64,000 nt of DNA from Gemmatimonadales bacterium (GCA_036556625.1 DATBJC010000083.1:651-64650), one strand, 5' to 3'; positions 16,815-27,092 are shown, numbered from the stretch's first letter. Notes: generated from the letters alone by a model not told the origin. Numbers and translations: made by a program.

Positions 16815-18923
16815 TCAGATCCCCCAGCCGATCGACGCCCTCACCTGCCGTGGCTCGGCAGGATGAAAGTGAATGTCCGCCACCCCTGCGGCCGGCTCGC
16901 CGGGCAGCCGCGAGGCGTAATAGTACTGAATGTCGGATTCCCGCGCGTTGAGCAGGTTCAACACGCTGAGCTGCAGGCGGATGCCTGATCCCAGCAGCCA
17001 TCCGGCATCGGCATTGAACAGTGTGGTGGCGGTGGCACGGACCGAATTGTCCTCGATCAGGGGATAGGAGCCGAAGTGGCGCATCCGCAGTGCGCCGAAG
17101 GGGCCCGACCCGATCGAGCCCCAGGTGGCACCGGCGGTCACCACATTCTCCAGCGCGCCGGGGATCCGGTCCTCGCCGGCCGCGACGCCTGAGAATCTGG
17201 CCCGCGCGAACGAGACATCGAAATCGAAGGCGAGCTCGGGGATCGGCCGGAAGAAATTGGCCAGAGTAATCCCCCGCCGCCGGCTGGCCGCCGAAGGCTC
17301 GGTGATCCCCGCGTCGCCGACGAAGAGCAGCTCGCTGTCGAGGTTGAGCCCCCAGAGGGTGAGCGTGGAGCGCAAGCCGGGCAGCGGGGTCGTGCGCACG
17401 CCGATCTCGGCGCCCCGGGACCGGACCAACGGATCAACCTGGTCCGCCGGCTCCCCGGTTTCGGGGTTCACGGTGATGGTGGTGCCGCGAGCGTCGTTGC
17501 TGTGGAAACTGAGGCCGCCGCTCAGGTAGAGCTCCAGACGGGGATTCGGAGTAACGATGAGCGATGCCTTGGGACTGACGATCGCGGCGCTGCGGTGGCC
17601 GGAGTTCCGCGCGAGGTTGGCGTCCACGTCGAACGTGTACCCATCGCCCCTCAGTCCGACGATGCTCCTGAGCCACGGACGCCACCGGGACTCGGCCTCG
17701 ATGAACACCCCACCCCCCCATTCGGTCACCTCGTCCTCCCGGATGGTGCCGAGCCTGGTGCGGCCCTGAGTGCGGTAGAGGCCGACTGGCCTCAGGAAGT
17801 CCGCCCGCGTCTGGGCCCCGAGTTTGAGAAGATGCGAGATGCCGAGCGCATCGATCTCCTGCACGTGGTTGGCATTGCCTCCGATCACCACCCGCTGCTC
17901 CCGCTGGTTGAACTGGTCGCCCCGAACCGGATCGCCCAGGAAATACTCGAAGTTGGAGAAGAGGCTGAGGTCGGAGTAGATGCCGAACAGCTGCACGTCC
18001 TGAACCGAGCTGTTCCCGGTGTGGCGCCAGCTGCCCGACAGGCTGTAGCGTTGGGTGTCGCCGCCATCGGTGTCGTCGATATGGCCGAACCGGTCGATCA
18101 GGCCGGACTGCACTGCGCGAAGCGGAATCTGGTCGGAGGCGTTCCAGGTGTTGTGATAACCCATCCCGAGAATCGAGAACTGTGAGGCCCCTCGCTCCCA
18201 GGAGTACCGCGCGATCCCGCTGAACTTCCGGAGCTCCTGAGCGAGCTCCCAGGGCCCGTCGTAGGTCCTGGCTTCGCCTCCAACCAGGAAGGTGCCGCCG
18301 CCAACGGAGGTCGAGGCACCGGCGGCGAGCCTCGCCAATCCGTTTTCCCCTCCGCCCGCGGTCACGAACGGACGGTCCAGGGCTCGCACGAGGTGGAACT
18401 CGGCTCCTCCGGCGCTGCCGAAGTCGCCCAGCTCGGTGTGGTAGACCCCCAAGCGGTAGTCGAGATGATCGACCAGTTCAGGAACCAGCACGCTGAGGTC
18501 GGTATAGCCCTGCCCGTGGGCATGGGATGGCATGTTGACCGGCATGCCCTCGATCCGGGTTTGAAAGTCGGTTCCGTGGTCGAGGTTGAATCCCCGGATG
18601 AAGTACTGGTTGGCCTTCCCGTCGCCGGAGTGCTGGGTGACGATCAGTCCCGGCACGGTCTCGAGCAGCTCCCCCTCCCGGGTGATGGGCCGGAGACGCA
18701 GATCGACCGCGCCTACCCGACCCTCCGATGCGGTCGAGGCGAGGCCGATGAGATCCTCATGACGGCCGGTAACGACCAGCGAATCCACCACCTGCGCACG
18801 GGCGGAATCGCCCGCGGGACGGGACTCGATCTGCTGGGCCGCGAGCGGGGGGATCGCCAGGGCTAGGACCAGGGCTGTCAGGATGCTGGGACCGGCGAAT
18901 GGCATGGAACGCTCGAAGCGCAA
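16815..18923 (-). CDS. TonB-dependent receptor (paralog 1)
   Basis: Signal peptide. Plug (LVVTGRHED..., VPGLIVTQHSG, IRGFNLDHGTDF, MPVNMPSHAHGQGYTDL). Long beta-barrel ending in an aromatic residue. Confidence 0.9.
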   Translation of the reverse strand: MRFERSMPFAGPSILTALVLALAIPPLAAQQIESRPAGDSARAQVVDSLVVTGRHEDLIGLASTASEGRVGAVDLRLRPITREGELLETVPGLIVTQHSGDGKANQYFIRGFNLDHGTDFQTRIEGMPVNMPSHAHGQGYTDLSVLVPELVDHLDYRLGVYHTELGDFGSAGGAEFHLVRALDRPFVTAGGGENGLARLAAGASTSVGGGTFLVGGEARTYDGPWELAQELRKFSGIARYSWERGASQFSILGMGYHNTWNASDQIPLRAVQSGLIDRFGHIDDTDGGDTQRYSLSGSWRHTGNSSVQDVQLFGIYSDLSLFSNFEYFLGDPVRGDQFNQREQRVVIGGNANHVQEIDALGISHLLKLGAQTRADFLRPVGLYRTQGRTRLGTIREDEVTEWGGGVFIEAESRWRPWLRSIVGLRGDGYTFDVDANLARNSGHRSAAIVSPKASLIVTPNPRLELYLSGGLSFHSNDARGTTITVNPETGEPADQVDPLVRSRGAEIGVRTTPLPGLRSTLTLWGLNLDSELLFVGDAGITEPSAASRRRGITLANFFRPIPELAFDFDVSFARARFSGVAAGEDRIPGALENVVTAGATWGSIGSGPFGALRMRHFGSYPLIEDNSVRATATTLFNADAGWLLGSGIRLQLSVLNLLNARESDIQYYYASRLPGEPAAGVADIHFHPAEPRQVRASIGWGI

Positions 18924-19037
18924 GAAGACGAGGTGATGGCCGCCTCAGGTACGCCGCACTCCCCGCAACTGGATCTCCCGAATCCCGGGCCTGAGACTCC
19001 CATAGGCGGATCGTTGGGGCGGCGGCGAAGCGCGAAG

Positions 19038-19062
19038 GGGCCCACCGTCACCCGGTGGGCCC
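19038..19062 (-). terminator. GC-rich hairpin downstream of the fasciclin gene (no U-tract)
   Basis: Perfect 10-bp stem GGGCCCACCG/CGGTGGGCCC with a 5-nt loop, 25 nt past the stop at 19087. Confidence 0.4.
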
Positions 19063-19086
19063 AAGCGCGAACGTCCGCGGCTCCGC

Positions 19087-19674
19087 TCAGTTCGGCAGCA
19101 GCACCTTGTCCACCACGTGGATCACGCCGTTCGACTGAATGACGTCGTAGGTCGAGATCGCCGCCACGCCACCTTTGGCGTCGCGCACCACGATGTTCTT
19201 CTCGCCGTTCATCATGGCCCAGAGCGAGTCGCCACTGGCCGTGGCCAGCGCGGCCTTGCCGTGACCCTTCTTGATCCACTTGGTGAGTGTCGCAGCGTCC
19301 AGCCGGCCCGGCACCACGTGGTAGGTCAGGATCCTGGTCAGCTGCTCCTTGTTCTCCGGCTTCAGCAGCGTGGGCACGGTGCCCTCGGGCAGCGCCGCGA
19401 ACGCCGCGTTGGTCGGGGCGAAGACGGTGAACGGCCCCTTGCCTTTGAGCGTCTCGACCAGCCCGGCCGCCTTCACCGCCGCGACCAGGGTGGTGTGATC
19501 CGCGGAGTTGACCGCATTGTCCACGATGTCTTTGCTGGGGAACATGGCCTGTCCGCCCACCATCGTGGTGTTGTCCTCCATCGCCATCGCGCCGCTGCCC
19601 TGTGCCGCCGCCGGCAGTGCGCCGGCCAGCACGAACGCGAGGATGGCGACGGCTTGTCTGCTTGCCTTGCGCAT
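19087..19674 (-). CDS. fasciclin (FAS1) domain secreted protein
   Basis: ATG 19674 (MRKASRQAVAILAFVLAGALPAAAQ signal). FTVFAPTNAAFAALP, LTYHVVPG, VIHVVDKVLLP. Confidence 0.88.
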   Translation of the reverse strand: MRKASRQAVAILAFVLAGALPAAAQGSGAMAMEDNTTMVGGQAMFPSKDIVDNAVNSADHTTLVAAVKAAGLVETLKGKGPFTVFAPTNAAFAALPEGTVPTLLKPENKEQLTRILTYHVVPGRLDAATLTKWIKKGHGKAALATASGDSLWAMMNGEKNIVVRDAKGGVAAISTYDVIQSNGVIHVVDKVLLPN

Positions 19675-19785
19675 ACGATCCATCTCCGGTGTGGGGTGAG
19701 TATCCGTTTGACGTCTCACCTACGACCGGAGCGGCTGGCTGGATGTGAGATCCGGTGCCGCGGCGGCGGCGTACCACAAGGACCC

Positions 19786-20223
19786 TTATGGGTTCGGTGA
19801 GGGGGGCCCCGGGACGATCACGTTGAACGGTCCAAAGTCCAACTCATCGGCAGCCTCGTCGTGCCCGTACCCGACCATGACCGAGCCGGTTCCGGCCGGC
19901 CCCCCGGTGACATCCTTCTGAAAATTCGAGCCTTCCACGCTTTCCGTCGTGGCCAGGTCTTCCGGGGTAAACGTGAGCGCCGTCTGGTGCGAATCCTCGA
20001 TGTTCTCGATCACCTGGCCCTGATCATCCAGGAACCGGACTTCCACCCGAACGACCTGGCCGGACGGCAGCACCAGGCTGTTGCTGACATCGATGCCGCC
20101 GACGAAGAGCGCGGCGTCCGCTGGAGTATGGTCTTCCACCGGCCCGGTTTCGTCTTCGCCGCATCCGGCCACGGCCAGGACCGAAAGCAGGATGGGTACC
20201 GACCAGGAAGCGACTCGCGTCAT
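19786..20223 (-). CDS. lipoprotein, unknown function (beta-rich, Ig-like impression)
   Basis: Lipobox LAVAGC. No recognised catalytic motif. Confidence 0.6.
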   Translation of the reverse strand: MTRVASWSVPILLSVLAVAGCGEDETGPVEDHTPADAALFVGGIDVSNSLVLPSGQVVRVEVRFLDDQGQVIENIEDSHQTALTFTPEDLATTESVEGSNFQKDVTGGPAGTGSVMVGYGHDEAADELDFGPFNVIVPGPPSPNP

Positions 20224-20254
20224 GGCGTGAATCTCCTTGGTGAGAGTGCGGGGC

Positions 20255-22342
20255 TCACTCGGGGTGGCCGCCGAAGCGAAAGGCGATCCGAAGCGCGCGT
20301 GGAGCGCCAGGATTGATGAATCCCGAGGCGCGAAGCTCGGGATAGCGGGTGTTCCAGATGTTGAGCAGGTCCAGGTCGAGCGTGGTGCCCGAGCGGGTCA
20401 GCCGGATGGAACCGCCGAGATCCATCACAGCATAGGCCCTGGTGCGGATGCTCGGCTCACCGATGGGGGTGAACGGCCCGGAAAAGCGCAGGCTGGAACG
20501 AGACTGAATCGTGCCGCTCAGCGTCGCCTCGACACCCAGCCTGCCGCTGTAGCGCGCCACGCCCGGCACGCGCGCACCCGGCGTGAGCGGTACGTCATGC
20601 AGACGGGGAATAGGCACCTCCCCAGGCACGACCGCGAGTGCCGGCACCGTCACCTCTCCATCGCTCTCGGCAACACCGGTGATCTTTGCATCGTTCCAGG
20701 TGCCTTCCGCCTCGACTCGCACGGTGGGTGCGGCGGCCACCGAAAGCTCGAGGGAGACGCCCTGGCGCCGGCTCTCGCCCGCATCGGAGACCTCCCGCGT
20801 CACCGGATCCTGAATCCGCTCCTTGGAGACGTCGAAGCGGAACAGGGCTAGACGGGCTCCGACCTTGTCACCCTGGTAGGTGGCCCCTACTTCCTTGGCC
20901 CAGGCTATCACGGGGGGGCGGGAAGGATCGCCGATGACGCCGACCGCGCCCCGAAAGCCGCGACTGAAGGAGGCCAGCAGCGAGATCCGGTCGCCCAGCA
21001 GATAGCGGGCGCCCAGCTTCGGGCTCGCCAGCAGCCGGGTCTCGTCCCGCCATACGGCGCCCGGTGTGAGCCGGTCGAGGCTGGAGTAGTTGAGCAGATC
21101 GAGGCGGCCCCCCAGGTCGTACGCGATCCGCTGGGCCAGGAGACCGCGCCAGCGGACGAACGCACCCCCGCTCTGATAGCGGCCGTCGTTGCCCTGGTCC
21201 TGGGATTCCCGCACCCGGGCTTCGGTGTCGAACAGCTCGTAGCGGGTCCAGTCGGCCCGGCCGCTGAGGCCGGTGGTGACCTCTCCTGCGCCGGGCCGCC
21301 AGCTCACCTTGGCCTCGCCTCCCACCGCGACCCGCCGGTCCTCCTCCTCCGTCTGAGCCAGCAACCCGTCGTGCGGAATATTGAGGAAGACCTTGGAGCG
21401 AACCCCTTGCACCCAGAGGGCGCTCTCCAGGCCGGTGGCACTGCCCAACGGGCGGTTGTAATGGCCGTGAAGGATGAGCCGCCCAGCCGAACCGCCGTCG
21501 GTCGGATCAGTGGCGCCTTCCAGGTCGTCGTCGTTGAAGCGCTGCACCGAGACGAAGCCTGGCGAGTTCCAGGTGGAGCCGTACAGCATGGCGCCGCCGG
21601 TGAGACGCCCGGCGCCCGCCTTACGCCATCCGTGCGCCACCAGGTTGCCGAGCCAGTAATCGGCATTGTCACGCCAGCCCTGCTGCCGCTCGCCGTCCAC
21701 CGCGACGAACGAGCCGCGATCAGCGCTCCGACGGCCGGTGCGGAACCAGCCGCCGGCGTCGCCGTAGCTCGACCCTCGCACGGCGCCGGCGCTCCCGGTG
21801 GCATCGTCCGCGGTGACCGCTTCGACCACGCCGCCGAAGGCGAAGTCGCCATAGAGTGGACTGGATGGGCCGTGGATCACCCGAAGCGAGGCGATGGCCG
21901 CGGGAGTGAGCAGACTCCAGTCGGCGTAGCCCTCCACGTGACCATGGAGCGGAAGGTTGATGGGCACGCCGTCGATCACCAGCAGGACGTCCGAGGAGTG
22001 ATCCGAGGTGAATCCCCGGATCACGGCGTCGGACGCGAAACCGGGCCCCTGACCCTGTTCGTGCACCTCGATGCCCGCCGTTCGACGGACCAGATCATAC
22101 GGTCCGCTGGCCGGCGCCTGGCGGAGCTGCTGGGCCGAGACCTCGATGGTCTCGACCGGTGGGGCCACGGCTCGCTCCCGCGCTCCGACCACGGTGATCG
22201 GCGCGAGCTCGGTGACCCCGACGCTGTCGCCCGCGGTGTGCTCGTGCTGGGCGGCAAGTGCTCCCGCTCGCGCCGTGCTGAGTGCCAACACCGCGAGCAG
22301 GGCCGTCGAATGTGGAATCCTCGATGAAGCGTGTGTCCCCAT
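20255..22342 (-). CDS. TonB-dependent receptor (paralog 2)
   Basis: ATG 22342 with GGAGG 8 nt upstream. Signal peptide. Plug IRGFTSDHSSDV, VPINLPLHGHVEGYADW. C-terminal ...IAFRFGGHPE. Confidence 0.9.
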   Translation of the reverse strand: MGTHASSRIPHSTALLAVLALSTARAGALAAQHEHTAGDSVGVTELAPITVVGARERAVAPPVETIEVSAQQLRQAPASGPYDLVRRTAGIEVHEQGQGPGFASDAVIRGFTSDHSSDVLLVIDGVPINLPLHGHVEGYADWSLLTPAAIASLRVIHGPSSPLYGDFAFGGVVEAVTADDATGSAGAVRGSSYGDAGGWFRTGRRSADRGSFVAVDGERQQGWRDNADYWLGNLVAHGWRKAGAGRLTGGAMLYGSTWNSPGFVSVQRFNDDDLEGATDPTDGGSAGRLILHGHYNRPLGSATGLESALWVQGVRSKVFLNIPHDGLLAQTEEEDRRVAVGGEAKVSWRPGAGEVTTGLSGRADWTRYELFDTEARVRESQDQGNDGRYQSGGAFVRWRGLLAQRIAYDLGGRLDLLNYSSLDRLTPGAVWRDETRLLASPKLGARYLLGDRISLLASFSRGFRGAVGVIGDPSRPPVIAWAKEVGATYQGDKVGARLALFRFDVSKERIQDPVTREVSDAGESRRQGVSLELSVAAAPTVRVEAEGTWNDAKITGVAESDGEVTVPALAVVPGEVPIPRLHDVPLTPGARVPGVARYSGRLGVEATLSGTIQSRSSLRFSGPFTPIGEPSIRTRAYAVMDLGGSIRLTRSGTTLDLDLLNIWNTRYPELRASGFINPGAPRALRIAFRFGGHPE

Positions 22343-22441
22343 TTTCGCTGCCTCCGGTCCCCGGGCGTGCGACGTCACCAAAGATCCGGCTCGCCGGCTG
22401 CTGCCGGCGACGCCAAGGGACTGCCATTGAACGACGGGTTA

Positions 22442-22825
22442 TCAGACGGCTGGCAGCGAGGGAGGACCGAGGGAGAAGGGAAGCAGATGAGAGGGGGAGA
22501 TGACGAGGGGAGCGTTCTCACCGAAGGGCGCGGCTCCGGACGGCGCGGGCAGGAGCGCGGTCCTGACAAGCTCGGCCGGCTTGACGGTCAGCCCGGTTCC
22601 GGCCGCATGGGCGATGCACTCGCACCTAGGCCCGCCCGCCCCGTGGTGCTGGGGGTCGTGCTCATGATTCTTCGGCTGGTGGGAGCCGTGGGCGGGGGGG
22701 GCTCCGGTCAGACATCCCCAGGCGGCGGGAGAGGCGGCCACCCGGAAACCGAATACACCCGCGAGGAAAAACGCGAGCAGAGCCCGATAGGCCGACGCCC
22801 AAGCCGTCCGCGGTGTGGTCCGCAT
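22442..22825 (-). CDS. small His-rich membrane-anchored protein (possible metal-binding accessory)
   Basis: ATG 22825. N-terminal TM (YRALLAFFLAGVFGF). HGSHQPKNHEHDPQHHGAGGPRCECIAHA, a His cluster plus CxC. Lies immediately upstream of a TBDR. Confidence 0.4.
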   Translation of the reverse strand: MRTTPRTAWASAYRALLAFFLAGVFGFRVAASPAAWGCLTGAPPAHGSHQPKNHEHDPQHHGAGGPRCECIAHAAGTGLTVKPAELVRTALLPAPSGAAPFGENAPLVISPSHLLPFSLGPPSLPAV

Positions 22826-22892
22826 GCGCTTCAAGATGGACTGCCGGCTCCGGATGACGCAAGCCAAGCCCGGTAGCGAGCGGGGACGCGGC

Positions 22893-23324
22893 CTACTGGG
22901 CGGCAGGGGGGACCAGCATCTCCTTCATCCGCTGGAGCACGGCGAGCCGCTCCTGCTCGCAGACCTGTGGCGCCTTGTCCAGCATACCATCAGGCGCCAC
23001 CCACCGGCTGGTGGAGCTGACCTGGGCCGCCTGTACGGTCCCCTGCACATCCATCGCGATCGCAACGCGGCATTTCGCCGAGGTGCCCAGCTTGGCATCC
23101 GAGCTGGGATAGCGAGTACCGGTGAGATGGCCGCCGGTCGAATCGACAACGTCGAGGGTGAAGGATTCGGCCTGGAGCGCGCGACGGGTACGGGCATACG
23201 CGGAGTCGCGGGAGGCAGGGACCGCGGTGGTCGCCGTCGATTCGGGACCGGCTACGAGGCCGGTACAGGCAGCCAGTGATGCTGGAAACGCGAGCAGCAC
23301 GAGGGTGGACCAACGTCGTGGCAT
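22893..23324 (-). CDS. lipoprotein, unknown function
   Basis: ATG 23324. Lipobox SLAAC. Confidence 0.55.
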   Translation of the reverse strand: MPRRWSTLVLLAFPASLAACTGLVAGPESTATTAVPASRDSAYARTRRALQAESFTLDVVDSTGGHLTGTRYPSSDAKLGTSAKCRVAIAMDVQGTVQAAQVSSTSRWVAPDGMLDKAPQVCEQERLAVLQRMKEMLVPPAAQ

Positions 23325-23424
23325 CGGGCCCTCTGAGGAGGAAGACGCGGGTGGAGCAAGAGCCTCAAGGTACCCCGAGCGCACGAGCCCTGCGTCACGA
23401 CTTGGTCACGGATCGGCATCAGGC

Positions 23425-24033
23425 TCAATGCCCGGCTGCGCGGATCTCCCGCAGCTCGAACCTGCGCTGCACGAGCCAGTGCCCGGTCCGGGTGGAGTCC
23501 GCCGTCTCGAATGCACCGCCGGTGGCGGTGATGAGAGAGACGGCATACCGCTCCCGCAGCCGGCGCTTGGCGCGCCCGGTGGAATCCGCCGTGGTCACGG
23601 TGGTGTGAATTACCGGGATGGTGCGCCCGGAGATGGTCTCCTGGCCGGCTTCTTCGGTCTCGTATCGGACGATGTCACCGTTGGCGGCGCGGGAGGTCCA
23701 GCTCATGCGGGTCCCGACCGGGCGGGAAACCGTCCAACCAGCCACTCCATCGTCCCACCGATAGAGCGTGTCGTTCGCGAGGCACAGCCGGCTCTGCTCG
23801 GGAGCCTGATCGGGCCGGCGGCGCAGGTGTACCACCGCGCACTCCGATCGGTCCCGCAAGGCCCCGCCCAGACTCACCGAGTCGATGCGCCAGGGCGGCT
23901 GCGGCGCTCCTTCCGACTCGTAGAACAGCAGCAGGCCGGGCTTGAGGTCGGCGGCGAGCCCGGTCCGCTGTCTCTCGACCAGGCTGACGGCGCCGAGCAG
24001 CAGGGCCAGGAGGGGAACCGGCCTCACAGCCAT
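23425..24033 (-). CDS. secreted hypothetical protein
   Basis: Signal-like MAVRPVPLLALLLGAVSLV. The start overlaps the corA stop by 10 nt. Confidence 0.55.
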   Translation of the reverse strand: MAVRPVPLLALLLGAVSLVERQRTGLAADLKPGLLLFYESEGAPQPPWRIDSVSLGGALRDRSECAVVHLRRRPDQAPEQSRLCLANDTLYRWDDGVAGWTVSRPVGTRMSWTSRAANGDIVRYETEEAGQETISGRTIPVIHTTVTTADSTGRAKRRLRERYAVSLITATGGAFETADSTRTGHWLVQRRFELREIRAAGH

Positions 24034-24995
24034 CCCAGGATGCGTGAGTGGATGAAGCCCCAGGCCACCATCACACCGAGAAACGCGACCACCAGCAGGA
24101 AGCCAAACTGGTTCCCGGTCAACGGGATGTTCCCGAAATTCATGCCGAAGATGCTGGCCACGAAGTTCGGCACCAGGATGATCACGGTGATGGCGGTGAG
24201 CCGCTGCATGATGCGGCCCAGCCGGTTGAAGGCGTAGAACACCTGCACGTCGAGTGCGGCGCCAAGCAGGTCACGGTACGTGTCGAGCTCCGCCAGCACG
24301 TGGACCGCGTGGTCCTGCACGTCCGCGAAATAGGGGCGCAGCCCGTCGGGGATGCCGCGCTCCCGCCGCAGCACCTCGGCCAGCACGTGACTGGTGGGGG
24401 CGAGCAGCCGGGGCACCCGGAGCAGCTCCTTGCGGAGCCGGAAGAGATCGGCCGCCGCGGTGTCGGCGCCCTTGAAGATCTCCGACTCGATCCGCTCGAT
24501 CCGCTCGCGCACCCGGTCCTGCACCGTGAAGTAGCCGTCGACCAGGCTTTCGAACAGGGTGTAGGCCAGGGCCGCTACACCGTACGCCTCCCGATCCTCG
24601 TAATGCTCCCATCGGCGTCGGGCCTCCGCCAGCACCGCCAACACCGCCGGCGTCTTGCGGTGGATGGTCACCAGGTAGTTCTCGCCCCAGAACAGGTTCA
24701 GTTCCTGCGCGAGGAATGTGTCGCCCACGCTCTCTGCCGCGTAGACCACCACGAAGTAGTAGCGGCCGTAGGGCTCACACCGGGGGCGCTCGTGGGACTT
24801 GGTCACCTCTTCCAGCGCCAGCTCGTGGAACCCGAAGACGTCGCGCAGCAGCTCCACCTCCTCCGTCCCGGGATCACCGATATCCAGCCAGAGCCGGTTT
24901 CGGCTGTCAGCCAGCAGCTCGCCCAACCTCCCAACGTCCGCATCCGCCGGGGCACGGCCACCGGGTGCGTCGACCACCAGTCGCATCGTTCCCAT
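24024..24995 (-). CDS. corA: CorA-family magnesium/cobalt transporter
   Basis: C-terminal two TMs with IFGMNF (GMN motif). Overall CorA length and layout. Confidence 0.9.
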   Translation of the reverse strand: MGTMRLVVDAPGGRAPADADVGRLGELLADSRNRLWLDIGDPGTEEVELLRDVFGFHELALEEVTKSHERPRCEPYGRYYFVVVYAAESVGDTFLAQELNLFWGENYLVTIHRKTPAVLAVLAEARRRWEHYEDREAYGVAALAYTLFESLVDGYFTVQDRVRERIERIESEIFKGADTAAADLFRLRKELLRVPRLLAPTSHVLAEVLRRERGIPDGLRPYFADVQDHAVHVLAELDTYRDLLGAALDVQVFYAFNRLGRIMQRLTAITVIILVPNFVASIFGMNFGNIPLTGNQFGFLLVVAFLGVMVAWGFIHSRILGWL

Positions 24996-25006
24996 GGGCG
25001 CCTCCT

Positions 25007-26386
25007 CTAGCGTCGGGTGCTCAGGAACGCCACGATCGCCTGGGTCTCCTCGGGCGTGAGCACTCGGACGTACGCCGGCATTTTGGGGCTACCGTTGGTG
25101 ATCCGGGCCGTCATCTGGTCGGACGACATCCGCGCCGCGACGTCGGTCAGGTCGGGCCCCCGCTCCCCGCCGAGTCCCTGGACGGCGTGACAAAACTGGC
25201 AGCCCTTTTCGTGAAAGAGCTGTGCTCCCCTCGTCACTTCCGGACCGCCACTGCCCACAACCTGGGCCGGCAACGGCTGCGCGTCGAAGTCGGGCGACCA
25301 TGGCGCCCGCTCCCCGGCGACCCAGAAGACCACGATCATGGTCCAAATGAACACCACCAGCAGTGCCGCCATCGGGCGCCGGCGCACGCTGCGCTCGCCC
25401 TTGTTGAACATCGGCACCAGCAGGAGCAGCACGCCGAAGATCAGGGGTGCGACCACGATGATGAGGTTCTCCAGGTGATGCGGCGCCATGGCGAGCACGG
25501 CGAAGTACCAGAGGAAGTACCAGTCGGGGCGGGGGTAGGTCTCCAGGATGCTCGGGTCCGGCGGCGGGCCGAGCTCGGGCGGGCCCACGATGATCGCTAG
25601 CAGCACGACGGTGGCTACCATCGCGGCGCCGAACACCACGTCGCGCCAGGCGGCGTCGGGCCAGAACGGCACGCCTTCGCGCTTGAGCAGCTGGTCGTAC
25701 TGCTGCCGGTAGGTGGCGGGGTTCACCGGGTTGCCCGGCTGAGGCCGTTCGGAGATCCCGTGGCGGAGCACCAGCCACAGATGAATCCCGATCAGCAGGA
25801 ACACCAGAGCCGGGATGAAGAACACGTGAAAGGCGAAGAATCGGCTCAAGGTGGCGCCGCCGACGGTGTCGCCCGCGAGGATGAAGCGCGCGATCTCATC
25901 GCCCACGATCGGCGCGCGCCCGGCCTGGGCCGCCCCCACGATGACCGACCACACCGCGGTCGAGTCCCAGCGCAGCAGCTGGCCGGTGAATGCCAGCGCG
26001 AGGGTGAGCAACAGGAGCACGGCCCCGGTGAGCCAGTTCAGCTCCCGGGGAAACTTGTAGGCCGCCATCAGGTAGGTGCGGGAGACGTGGATCCCGATGA
26101 GCAGCACCATGGCCGAGGCGCCGAAGTAGTGCATGCCTCGCAGGAACCGGCCGAGCAGCGCTTGCTCGGAGATGAACTTGAGACTGTCGTAGGCCTGTCC
26201 GCTCGAGGGCACATAGGCCGTCGCCAGCGCGATGCCGGTGATGACCTGGAGCACGAACGCGAGCAGCGTGGCGCTGCCGAAGACGTACCACCAGCCGGTG
26301 CGGGGCGGCACCGGGTGCTCCAGCGCCCGACGGGTGGCGGAGACGAGGCCGCTGCGGTCGTCGATCCAGGCGAAGAGCTTGTTCAT
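25007..26386 (-). CDS. cytochrome b (bc-complex type) fused to a C-terminal mono-haem cytochrome c domain
   Basis: Polytopic cytochrome b pattern (WWYVFGSATL..., RGMHYFGAS, FFAFHVFFIP). C-terminal CQFCH haem-c site. Confidence 0.88.
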   Translation of the reverse strand: MNKLFAWIDDRSGLVSATRRALEHPVPPRTGWWYVFGSATLLAFVLQVITGIALATAYVPSSGQAYDSLKFISEQALLGRFLRGMHYFGASAMVLLIGIHVSRTYLMAAYKFPRELNWLTGAVLLLLTLALAFTGQLLRWDSTAVWSVIVGAAQAGRAPIVGDEIARFILAGDTVGGATLSRFFAFHVFFIPALVFLLIGIHLWLVLRHGISERPQPGNPVNPATYRQQYDQLLKREGVPFWPDAAWRDVVFGAAMVATVVLLAIIVGPPELGPPPDPSILETYPRPDWYFLWYFAVLAMAPHHLENLIIVVAPLIFGVLLLLVPMFNKGERSVRRRPMAALLVVFIWTMIVVFWVAGERAPWSPDFDAQPLPAQVVGSGGPEVTRGAQLFHEKGCQFCHAVQGLGGERGPDLTDVAARMSSDQMTARITNGSPKMPAYVRVLTPEETQAIVAFLSTRR

Positions 26387-26395
26387 CGCGCCGCC

Positions 26396-26902
26396 TCAAG
26401 CAATCGGGATCGGGCTGGTCTCGATCTCCACCTGTCCGCCGCGCACCCGCACCGGATAGGTGGGCAGCGCCTTGGGTGGCGGCCCGGCGGAGACCGACCC
26501 ATCGGCGTAGTACACGCCCCCATGACAGGGACAGAGGAACAGCTGAGCGTCCGGGACCCAGCGCACCGGGCAACCCAGATGGGTGCAGTGCACCGAATAC
26601 GCGGTGAACCGCGACTCGTCCTCCCGCCGGAGCCAGGCGGCGGTGCGAGCCGTGACTCCGGCCCAGGGCAGCGGCGAGGCGTCCTCGAAGCGCACGCTCA
26701 CCGTCTCACCGACCCGGAACTGGTCCACCGGCCCGACGGGGCGCCACTCTCGCGGCTGCTTCCGGGTGAGCGGCGCGAGGAGAAAGCCGATCACGGGCAC
26801 ACCGAGGACCGCACCGACCGCGGCGGAGAGTGCGATGGAGAGACGAGTGAGGAAGCGGCGTCGGTCGGGGGGCTGGAGGTTGGAGCCCGGCGCAGAGTTC
26901 AT
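26396..26902 (-). CDS. Rieske [2Fe-2S] protein with Tat signal
   Basis: RRRFLTRLS twin-arginine motif. CTHLGC and CPCHGG boxes. Confidence 0.9.
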   Translation of the reverse strand: MNSAPGSNLQPPDRRRFLTRLSIALSAAVGAVLGVPVIGFLLAPLTRKQPREWRPVGPVDQFRVGETVSVRFEDASPLPWAGVTARTAAWLRREDESRFTAYSVHCTHLGCPVRWVPDAQLFLCPCHGGVYYADGSVSAGPPPKALPTYPVRVRGGQVEIETSPIPIA

Positions 26903-27092
26903 GACGAACGTCCGGAAGGAGGAAGCATGCGGCAGCAGTGCGAGCCAACATACGATGTGCGAGTTGGCGCGACAAGCGAGATGGTCCTGCGCCGGGCTCG
27001 GATCGGACTCGATGATGCTGCTCTGAAGCCATTGCAGTGCAGCAGTTTACAGTTGTGATGTGAAGCCGTTTCTCCGCCCGACCTGAAGTGCC

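Noticed and set aside
18924-19086. Possible cobalamin or other riboswitch upstream of the TonB-dependent receptor
   Set aside because: I could not find a B12-box-like element or other riboswitch core. The spacer is better explained by the fasciclin-gene hairpin (19038-19062) plus a short leader.
23122-25010. Plus-strand ORFs 23122-24237 and 24048-25010
   Set aside because: They are antisense to the secreted protein and to corA, which carries the GMN motif. Their sequence is low-complexity.
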